From contig CM074807.1 of assembly GCA_037447605.1 (NCBI GenBank), positions 3,546,829 through 3,610,828 of the forward strand: a DNA stretch of 64,000 nt, written 5' to 3'. Every line of letters starts with the position of its first letter. The first letter of the stretch is position 1. Shown piece after piece: positions 13,134 through 23,600 of this stretch. The translations under genes were made by a program, and so were the position numbers. The stretch comes from Zygnema circumcarinatum SAG 698-1b. Lineage: Eukaryota > Plantae > Zygnematophyceae. Under the pieces are notes generated by a model. The model made no database searches, was not told where the DNA came from, and worked only from the letters and a program-made list of their open reading frames with translations.

Positions 13134-13377
13134 GTTGGAAAAAACCTCGGCTCGGGCTTTCAAGGGGTCCACTTCCATGTGCGCGAAATTTTGGAGCCGT
13201 TCTGTCGTCGGTTCCTATAGCGTATTTCGACCGTCCCCTTTTTTAAAACGTTCAAAGAAAAATCTTAACGGCTAAACTAGATCCATGTGGCGACCATCGC
13301 AGCAAGAGATTCTCGATCTGGTGCCACGTGGCAGATTGTTGGGGCAAGGCTATCTAACGTCTATGCGTTACGATATG

Positions 13378-14590
13378 GCACGATACGATACGACGCTAAA
13401 CCGATACAGTACGATATGGTACGAAATGGTACGGTGCGCTGCGTACGGTCCAACTTGAACTCTAACATAATACCGCCCGTCTATTGGTAACACGAACCTC
13501 ATATATGCAAAATCAATATTTTCGCCTCATATTGGCCAAAACCAGGGTGGAAAATATGAAGACCCCCTACTGAACCACAACGGCATTCGTACGGTACCAA
13601 ACTATTGGACCAACCATCAACCGTTGGCTAGCAATGCCGACATCAAGCATTGGCCAATGGTTGCAAGCTGTGACCATTTGTTGGCAACCTAGCCAACCAT
13701 TGCCAATAATTTAGGTTGCAACCATGGGATTCACTGGGACTGCCGGTCAGATACGATTCGCCGGCGATACGTATACACCTGTCACAGACCCGACAAGCCC
13801 AACTACGCCCATTCCGCGTGGCAGCACGCGGCTTGTCGCTCCCTTCTGATTGGCTGTATCAACTCTTGATGACAACAGCAACGTGCCCGTAGTGCTTCTC
13901 CAATGTGTCGGGTCCACATCACGACAAAGACTTTTGGCTCCAATCTGCGCCGGCAACTCTTAAACGATTAGAAGCACACATAACCGTACAACAATCCAGG
14001 GATTCCAGGGGTCAGTTTGGCACTGACAGTACAGTAGGACCCCATCATATTTTCCACCTGGTTTTAGCAAATATCCGGCGAAAATATTGTTTTTGGCAAA
14101 TATCAGGTCTGTGTTACCAATAGGCGAGCGGAATTACGTTAGAGTTCATGTAAGTTCGTACGTATCATATCGTATCGTTTTCTGGCATATCGTACCGTAT
14201 CGGTTATATGGCTAATAAGGATAGTACGGATAGTACCGTATCGGGTCGTTTCGTATCGTATCGTATCGTGGCAACTGACACTATGGTGGCCTACTACTGT
14301 ACTATAGCTCGTACGGCTAGTACCGTATCGGGCGTTTCGTATCGTATCGTATCGAAGCCAAGAACAAGGGGAGAAGAGTGAGCGCCTCTTACGGCGGCAC
14401 TTGGGGGGGCGATTAGCCGATTAGGTGTAGTTTTGCGTAAGCCCGTGACGGCTAGTACGGCTAGTACGGATAGGACGAATAGTACGGCTAACACACAGTT
14501 ACCGTACAAAAAAGTGGTTTCAGCAAAATTGGTGCGAATTTATTGGTGACGCACTTTTGGAGGTGGAAAATATGATGGGGTCCTACTGTA
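13378..14590. mobile_element. Nested foldback / MITE-like non-coding element
   Basis: Degenerate ~130-bp inverted arms at 13441-13572 and 14033-14162, extended outward by (GATAC)n/(GTATC)n tracts. A perfect 30-nt inverted pair links 14030-14059 and 14561-14590. No TSD was identified. Confidence 0.6.
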
Positions 14591-15002
14591 GTTGGAGGGA
14601 CGCCCAAGTTCGACTTTTGGCTCCGCCTCTCCCACGCTTTCTCCCTCTCACTCTCTCTCTCTCTCAGAGTGAGTGCGGGTGCGGAGGCAGCGACGCAGTG
14701 GCTGCTCATGTGCTTCGGAGGAGACGGGGACGGCGCTTCAGACAAAGATGCGGTATTCAGTTTGGTTTGTTGTACCTCTTCTTTTCTGGAAAAGAAATAA
14801 ATAAACCAGCAGTTTGATGCATATTATTCAATGGAGGGACAGCGCAGCTCATTTCGTTCAACGGGACGTCCAGTGTGTGCAATTCATTTTCGTGCCAGGA
14901 TTTTGAGAAATCCAATGAACTGGCTTTGAGCGTAGCTACTCTCTCGCAAAACTATAACGAGAGCCGCATTTTGACCTTTTCAGAGGTGGTCTGTCCAGCC
15001 AA

Positions 15003-18000
15003 ATGACAGGAAACAAGCTACGCATCAGCTACAGTAGCTTCAACAATGAGAACGACGGTGTATATCCCTTGTTTGCGAAGCAAGAGCAGAGACAGCAAGG
15101 GCCCTTCCCTGCCGATTTGAAGCAAGTGATGCTAACAGATAGCCCGTTCAGACCATTTTTTGAAGCAAGTACTGCATAAAAAAAGCCTTGTCAGACCTCT
15201 TTTACACTGCGCTAGTTCAAGTTTGGCTTTGTACCAAAGCATAGCAGCACAGAACAGGGCGCTCAGTTCAGAAAGAGCAACCAGCGGTGAATCAAACCTA
15301 AAACCTAATATGGATATCGGATTACTCGACGTGGATTACTCGTTACTCGATAGTTCTCTCTCTGTTGGAGATATGCTTCTGGCAAGTGAGGGTTGCCATT
15401 CTCCCTCACCTAGCTGGCTGGACGCCTCCACCCCAGCCCTAAGTCCGTCGAATAATCCCAACATAGAAATGCCGTTAATATCAGAGACAAAAACCTTGGA
15501 CCAAAATTCCTCCCTCAGTTACTGGTCTCCGCTTTTTGTGCCTTCTGACGAGTATTTAGAGCCGATTCACTCGGCAGGAAGGGGGGAGGAGCTTCCTGCA
15601 GATACTGTAGGGCGTAGGCATTTTGTAGAAATAGAAGAGGTTCTTCCAGACAACGCTCACGTACAAACTGAAGACTCAAGTTTACAGCGACCGTTGAATC
15701 TGGAAAACCGTTTGAGAGCTCTTCTGCAGTCTGAGGGTGCGTCCAAACGTCCGCGGAACGACTGTCCGCCTCGCTCAGCTAATCCAAGCGCTGAGACAGA
15801 CAATGGTGACAAAGTGCAAGTGGATACTGCTCGTCTACGTGGAGGAAACAAAGCAGGAGTAGCTGTGAATTTGGATCAAGCCATTGGCAAAAAGAGGAAG
15901 GTTTCCTTGAGGAACACAATGCCATCGTTGCTTGCCCAGGAAGTAGGCTCCAACGTGACATTCTTGTCGGAGTTCGGCAATGTACGAAAGCGAGCTGCTG
16001 GCCATGCAGTTGAGACTTCACAGGAACGGGTTGGAATACCAAGTCGGGAAGATGATACGTCGCCAGAGATTCGCCGTTCATTAGGCTCAGCTTCTGCTGT
16101 TTCAGAGTCCCTTCTCAATGGCAGAGCTGAGCCTTCCAGAAGGGAAGAAAGGAAGACGGCTGGCACTATTCAAGATTGTGGGACACCTGATGTGGTGGAT
16201 ACTGCCGTCTTAGAGTCGATGACTCCTATAGATGCAGCAGAGCTGTTGCCATGTATCAATTTAACACTAAATCACGAGCTTGTGCCAACTACCACGAAGA
16301 AGCGTTATCGGAGTAGCAATTTTGAGAGTGTTCCATGTGCCACTGTGTCTCCCACAAGGAATCTGCAGCTTGATTCCTATCACAACATGCTCCACGCAAG
16401 ACTGCTCGCTTTGGCTGAGGCTCTGGCAACAGCAGATGAGGTGAGATGGAATTGACATATCCCGTGGGTCTTCCAACTTCGGTTTTATCCCTGTGCTTGG
16501 ACTTCTGTGATTAAGTGAATGTAGTGGCCTCCTTATGGGCAGTGCCATATTCTGTAGAGGAGCAGATACTCGTGAAGCTGCCTTGACATTTAAAGCCCGT
16601 ATTGTCAGACTTTCAAGCAAGTGTGTTGAATGCTTAGTTTTCAGGAACTCACAATGCACAGTCCTCGCTTTGTCTTGTTAGGATCGATCTCGAGAACTGC
16701 TGACACACGTGAACGAAGTGGCCAGTCCTGAGGGCGATTCCATGGAGCGTATTGCATATTATGCCCTTAAAGCATTGCATCTACGTAGCCTGGGCAAGGG
16801 CACATTGCATACCATTTCGCTTCCAGTTGTGACATATGAGGTAAGAACATCTCCTGCCTCGGCTTGTTGTTGCAAAACACTTCTCACTTTTACATTTTCA
16901 TTTTTTAAGGCTTGGAGGATCATACCAGGGTCTGTAAGCTTCAAGCTTGCCGATCTCACCGTCTATTCTATTTCTGTGTCACCGCAGGAACAGGATGTTA
17001 TGATTCAACACTTCGCTAGACGTCTGCCGTACATTGCAGTCATTATGGCAACTAGCATCTGCATGATTCTGGATGCAATGAAGGGCCAGTCGAAAGTGCA
17101 TATTGTTGATTTCCTTTTCCCTCCTATCGTACTGGAAAGGCTGCTGATGGAGATAGCACGGAGGCCGGAAGGCCCCCCGCAGCAGCTGAGAATCACATTT
17201 GTTGATTCGATCGGTGTGAGTGGACCAAACTTTGCCTGCAAGGAGGTTAGGAAACGTCTTGCAAAGTTCGCAGCCTCAATGGGAATTCCCTTCTGGTGGA
17301 GTTCTGTTCGGACTAAGTTAACCGACTTCAATACATGCATGGTCAAGCTCTTTCCGGATGAGGCTGTGGCCGTCCACGTGGGCACCATGTTGCAACATCT
17401 GCCGGACGAATCGGTTATGCGGAGCAACCCTCGGGACAAGTTTCTCAGGGTGGGCAGACGATAAACTCTGAGACTCACACAAATTTCGTCACTGACTTCA
17501 TGGCATTATCGCAATTGCATTGAAAACGGTACATAATTTTCATGTGCTTGGCCAATTTTGACTAAACTGCGAAGGATGTTAGACCAAGGTTGTGTATTGA
17601 CGAAAGGCCCACTGTATACTGCAGATGTTGCATGATCTCAACCCACGGGTCGTTTGTGTAACTGACAATGACTGCGACTTGAATATTCCGTTCTTCATGA
17701 AGCGCTTGAAGAACTCCCTCACATATTTCCGCAACATGTTTGACGCTGTCCAAGTTGCGTATCATGACGACTTCGACAATCGTCAGATATTCGAAGAGAG
17801 AATCCTGGCGGATGAGTTCATAAACACCATCGCAACAGAAGGCCTTGATTTGTGGTTCCGAACAGAGTGCATAGAACGGCTGCAATTGCGAATGAAACGA
17901 GTGGGATTCACAGTGCGGCCTATTCAGGGTGCGGTCTTGGAAAGTATTGAGGCGCTTGTGGGAGGTCAGCTTGTCCCGGGCTTCACCCTCGAGTCTAAGT

Positions 18001-18071
18001 TAGGAGCCTTGCTCATGAAGTGGAAAGGATTCTCGAGTGCTTTCACATGTGCATTCCGCCAAGCCTTTTGA
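15003..18071 (+). CDS. GRAS family transcriptional regulator 1 (intron-containing, divergent motifs)
   Basis: Exons (15003-15168 tentative), 15272-16440, 16682-16840, 16988-17449, 17625-18071. LHRI ASPEGDSMERIAYY, VHIVD, PPQQLRITFVD, LQHLPDESVMRSNPRD, PFYRE-like LNPRVV...FFMKRLKNSLTYF, IATEG, terminal WKG...CAF. The alternative start is ATG 15310. Confidence 0.9.
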
Positions 18072-18075
18072 CTCT

Positions 18076-18647
18076 CTTTTTGTGCCTTCTGACGAGTATT
18101 TAGAGCCGATTCTCTCGGCATGAAGGGGGGAGGAGCCTCCTGCAGATACTGTAGGGCGTAGGCATTTTGTAGAAATAGAAAAGTTTCTTCCAGACAAAGC
18201 TCACGAACAAACTGAAGAGTCGAGTTTGCAGCGACCGTTGTATCTGGAAAACCTTTTGAGAGCTCTTCTGCAGTCTGAGGGTGCGTCCAAACGTCCGCGG
18301 AATGACTGTCCGCCTCGCTCAGCTAATCCTAGCGCTGAGACAGACAATGGTGACAAAGTGCAAGTGGATACTGCTCGTCTACGTGGAGGAAACAAAGCAG
18401 GAGCAGCTGTGAATTTGGATGAAGCCATGGGCAAAAAGAGGAAGGTTTCCTTGAGGAACACAATGCCATCGTTGCTTGCCCAGGAAGTAGGCTCCAACCT
18501 GACATCGGAGGTCAGATTTTCGCCGTTCATTAGGTTCAGCTTCTGCTGTTTCAGAGTCCTCTCTCAATGGCAGAGCTGAGCCATCCAGGAGGGAAGGAAG
18601 GAAGACGGCTGGCACTATTCAACATGGTGGGACACCTGATGTGGTGG
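18076..18647 (+). pseudogene. Partial direct duplicate of GRAS-1 exon (copy of 15532-16198) immediately after the GRAS-1 stop
   Basis: Near-identical sequence by eye, with substitutions, a premature TGA (~18120), a ~95-bp internal deletion and frameshifts. ORF 18226-18579 repeats the LQRPL..LRALLQSEGASKRPRNDCPP peptide. Confidence 0.9.
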
Positions 18648-19948
18648 GCTTTTGACTTTGCGCAGACCTTCTGTGACTGGCTGAATGTGACTAGCAGTCT
18701 GTGACTGACCGCAGGATCTGATCAAATCTCATGGTTTAGAGAGTCAAGATTTCAAACTTTACAAAGCTTAGGGTATACAAGATTTAGGTTTTCAAAAAAG
18801 AGAAAGTGGAGAGGTTTTCAGAATCGAACTCTTTTAAAGTTATAGATAATTAGAGTAAATTAGAGTGAATCAGAGTTTCAAAGCGCAAATGTTTGAGCAT
18901 GCTAGGTAGGGGTGGGGCCGCGCCTCAAGGGGCACATACCATTGGGCACGGGCGCGTATCCTCCCCGAACCGCTCTCTCTCCTTTTCTCTCTCTCTCTCT
19001 TTGGTGCTCCTTTGTGTTGCTGACACAGGCAGGCATTCTATGGACCCACCTTCCCAAAGCCTTCCATTTTCTGCCCTCCCCTCTCCCATTTCCCACGTCC
19101 GCTCTCCCTCCTGAGGTGGTTAGTTCCGAGGATTCACGGGTTGTCTTCTTCCATGGACTCCTAGCAGTTTTGTTTTTGAGTTTGAGGCTTACAATCGAGA
19201 TGGCCCACCCTCATTTTGTGACATCCGTTGAGTCCCTGGCGGGATCATTTGGATGTTTCAGAATTCTTAAAATCTTAGGTGGGCATGTGCATAGGTAGTG
19301 TCTTTTTTCTTTATGAATATGGACATTTGCAATTGAATAGATCAAACTGACTCGTAGCCTCTCGTTTGTCTAGCGGGGTCATTTGTGAGGTCATTGGTCA
19401 TTAGTCATTGGTCATTGGTCACTGGTCATTGGTCTTTGGTTCTACTTGTCCGTGTACAGTAGATGGCTTCGCCATCATGAGGTCAATGCTAATCCATAAA
19501 ACCAAGGTCGCAGTTTCCCCACTCGGCGACCTGAGGGGGGTCGCCGGACACATGCAGCTTTTGGTCCCTCCGTGCCCTCAACCCTAATGTTAGGGCTTCA
19601 AAGGTGGTGCACGTGGGTTCAGGTTTTAGAGGTTCGGGGTCCAAGACGTTGAGGTTTTAGAGTGAAGGGGTTTCAAATATTGCAGGAATTTAGAGTTTTA
19701 GAGGTTTATGGTTTCAGAACTTAAGGTTTTGGAATGTACGGGTCCCAAAGTTGTAAAGTCGTGAGGGCCCGAATTGCTTTTGGTTTCAAATTCGTACAGT
19801 TTTAGTGTTAGCTGTCAAAACTGCAAAGTTTTAGACTTTTGGAGGTTCACTGTTTCAGATATAAAGTAGACAAAACGATGAAACCACCAGTAGCGGATAC
19901 ACCATTTAAAAATCCAATTGTGTAATTGACAATGGAATAGGAAAATGG

Positions 19949-20324
19949 CATTGACCTCACGATGGCGAGGCCATCAATGTACATGGACAAAATCAGCAAA
20001 AATCAGCATGGGGAACCACGAGAAACTGGAAGCAAAGGACCTAAGCAATTGACAATTGTCCTCATGTCAGCATGGGCCCATGCATGCATGCATGCCTGCA
20101 TGGATGTATGGACTATACGGACAACGCAATCGACACATCGGCGACGTGCCTCACATCGGTGACCTTCGCGGCTGCTTCTAGGGCTGCGTTGTTGTGCCTA
20201 GGCGTAGTTTTCCGCTCTTAGCTTCGTTTTATTGTGTTTCGGTCCTTTGTGACCAGTCCTTCGTGGTTCCACATTTTGCCTTTATCCATGTAAATTTGAT
20301 GGCCTCGCCATCGCGAGTTCAATG
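19949..20324. mobile_element. Foldback / MITE-like element with ~85-93-bp degenerate inverted arms
   Basis: 19949 CATTGACCTCACGATGGCGAGGCCATCAATGTACATGG... matches the reverse complement of 20241-20324 (CATTGAACTCGCGATGGCGAGGCCATCAAATTTACATGG...GGAACCACGA...CAAAGGACC). Confidence 0.65.
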
Positions 20325-20654
20325 AAAGTTTGCGTTACACATACATCCATACGGACCATAGAACCACGAGGTTCTCGCGAGCCACTGAACCCGATCAAGT
20401 GTGAACGTCTCCGCTTCTCGCTAACGAGCCGCCGTGAAACGCGGTGGACTCGCCACGTGGACCCTGACCCTCCCTCCTGCAGGAGGCCTGCAGGCTGCCA
20501 TGGAGGGAGGCAGCCATGGCCGTGGCCGCCCGTGGCCCTGCGCTTCACCTAGAGGGGTTGCTTGTCTCGGCAGGACCTCGGCAGGCTCGCGCTCTCCTGG
20601 GTATGGTCAGCAGCACATTGGTAGAGGCCTGCCGGCTTGCAGGACGAGGCCGCC

Positions 20655-23600
20655 ATGGCCTGTTTGAGTAAGAGTCTCTCGGGGAGGTACAGAATGGCGA
20701 GCGCGGACGTGTGTACTGGAGGGCCGTTGGTACTTTGGAGTGCGGAAGACGGGTCGAGAGGGTCGGGAAGTGAAGGGAAAGCGCCCTTCATGAAGCTAGG
20801 AGTGGGAGAGCACGTTGAGGTAGGGTGGAAGGAGAGGTGTGATCCATGTTGGGGGAATAGGAGGTGCAGGAGGAGTAGGAATGTGCAATCTGAGAGAGGA
20901 GCGAGCAGATGAGGGAGGGTGGTGGAGAGTAGTAAGGTAGGGCGACGAGGGTCGTGATTGCTTGGATTATGAGATAGGAGCTGATTTAAAAGTGAAAATG
21001 CTTTTGCTGCTTCTTTGAACCGTGCATGCGTGCTCTTAATGTTTGCATTGAGATGCTGATACGAGACATCGTAGCTGGGGTCAGTTAAATTTTGATGCAA
21101 CGAGACCGAGAATGTAGCATTGGATTTGAATTAGTTAACAAAAATGCAGCTCATCAATAGTAGCTGAAGTGATAGGAAAAAAATCAGCGAGAGAGAGTTG
21201 CTGCTCGGCCTGTAGCAGCTCCTTTGGTGGTTCAGCATTTCTCACTTGTTACAGAGAGCCAAGACGCGTCATCCTTAATTTTGAATGACTAGACTCTTCT
21301 CTGAGCTGACATTTCTCGTTAAGTGAAACAGCAGGTGTAACAAGCATGTTCACATTTCCTATCCTCCTTTCTCCTCTCGCCATCCCTCTGTATCTTTCTG
21401 CATTTGCCATGTCTCAGTTCGTTGTGTCAACGTAGTCTGCAAGTTGAAGAACTCTTGGAAGAGATGGAGCTGCACTTGTAGAAGTAAACTTGAGAGGGGT
21501 GAAAAGAGGTTGAAGAAGAAGTGACAATTCGCGAGAGGCAAGGAGCGCAAAAAGGGGCTTAAATAAAAAAGTTCAAATATTCGTTTAAAATTCGACGGGA
21601 AAATTGATCTCTCTTATAAAAGGACATGGTTTTGCTTGTTTTGCCATTTTCTTCATGAGCAGTATGTGAATAGATACAGGAGAGAAACTGGACCATCCGT
21701 ATGAACATCTGTTATTGAGAAGCTTTAATGTTCAGAAGGTTTTTTAGGGATCCTTCTGAGAGGAGGCCCATCCTCAGTTTGCAAGGCCACTTAGATCCTC
21801 GGAGGAAAGAAGGTTTTTCTCCTTAGGTGAAGCCTCAAGTCAGCGAAATGAAATTCCGTACACTTCAAGTGAGCATATGCTGTGAACTTAAGAGCTCAAG
21901 AGTATGAAGTTTCACGGCTTAGTGCGGTATTGTTCTGATATGTCGGTGTAACCATTCTTCCCTGCCTGCAGGTACGGCAGAAGGAGCATGGCTTGCGTGG
22001 TTCGTGGCATCCAGGAATAGTAATCAAAGTAGCTCCTGGGAAACGATGGGTTCGATACTTCGAACTCATCAAGGATGAAAACAGACCGTGGGAAAAGTTG
22101 GAAGAGTCTGTATCAGTGAGCAGAGCAGTAGATGGAATTAAGAGGAGCGTATCCAAATCGACCTGTAAGGGGCTGAAGAAAACTCGTAATTCCAATTCCC
22201 GGCCATTTATGCGGCCTATTCCGCCTCTACTCCCTCATCCTCCCAAATTAGAGTGGAAGATAGGCACTTGTGTCGAGATGTTTTGGCAAGATTGCTGGTG
22301 GGAGGGAGTGCTGGTGCAGGACATTGCTGAGGTAGGACTTGCTGGCAGGGTATCTGTTCTCTTCCCGGATGAAGGTAGTGAGGACGCTGTTGATGTCCAT
22401 ACTCTCAGGTTGGCCCAGGATTGGGATGAAGAAACAGGAAGTTGGTGCCAATCTGAACCTAAAGAATTGGTCAGCGCAGAACCCAAACCTCAGAAGTGTG
22501 TTCTGCAGAAGTGCAAAACGTTAGGTGGGAAGGTTGGGGCGGAGGATAAGGTAGAGGTAGGAAAATGCGGGGTGGGAGAAGGAGTCAAGAGGGGCACAAA
22601 AGCAGCTGGGGTCAAGAAACTTAAGGGAGGTTGTAATGTAGCAGGGAAGCTTAGTGAAGCTTGTATGCAGTTTATTCGAGATGGCTCTTTCTCTTCCGAG
22701 GAAGGACAGAAGATAATAGCAAAGGAGAAGAGTATTGGCCGAGCACTTTTTCCTGAGAACTCTGTTCCTGCTGGGGTTATTTGTGGTGTGGCATCAGATG
22801 CGGAATTCCTACGAAATGATCCAATTGAACGCCAACCTTATAGTTCAAGTTGTGGACCTAGAGTCGAGCTCGCTGATAGCAGAATCAACCCTTCTGCAAG
22901 GGTTTTGGGTGATGAAGAGACTCTTTTGTGTGTAGAAAGGGTAGTATTGTCTGATGTCCAGAAACAGAACATAGAGCCTATCCCAATAAGGAATGACTGT
23001 GCTCATGTCTGCCAGACTCCGCAACTCTCAGATGACGGCGGTAAAAGTGGGGCATTCACAAGGCTATTACGTAAAGAAATTTTCGAACCAGCAGGAGTCT
23101 TTTGTGATTCTTTAGTGGAGCCGAGAGACTTTGGAGGACGCAATGCGGATAATGCCACTGTTGTGGAAGACATTGGAGTGCGATCATTTTCTGATAACCA
23201 AACGTGCAGAGACATGCAGGTATTGACCAGAGTTAGAGGTAGCATGGCAGAAGTCCAGGAACAGCACAGAATGGAGACAACGGGACAAGCTAATAGACAC
23301 TATGCCATGGGAAATTCTCTCAGACAAGGCATTGCTGGAGGATCGTATCCCAATATGGGTCATTATAGTCCCTCCAACGAGTTAGTGGGTCCTTCACAAA
23401 TGGCAGCAATTGAGTCAGCAGGTGTGTTTATGGAAGTGAGGACCCCAGAACAGCCAGTATTGAACTCCTGCACAACAACAGTTCGAGAGGTCAAGTCAGG
23501 ATGGCTTAGTCAGACGATGGAGAAATCTGCAACCCAATCTCGCATGTCAGTGCATATGGGCGAAGTGAGTAACGGGTCTAAAGCTGCAGGAGGGAGTGGA

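Noticed and set aside
18226-18615. ORFs resembling a new gene after GRAS-1
   Set aside because: They are part of the degenerate duplicate of 15532-16198, with a premature stop and frameshifts.
19620-19870. GGTTTTAGAG-like degenerate telomere-looking stretch
   Set aside because: Too degenerate to define a unit; treated as low-complexity intergenic sequence.
20549-21100. 183-aa minus-strand ORF
   Set aside because: It is antisense to exon 1 and intron 1 of the Agenet-PHD-GNAT gene and has no motif.
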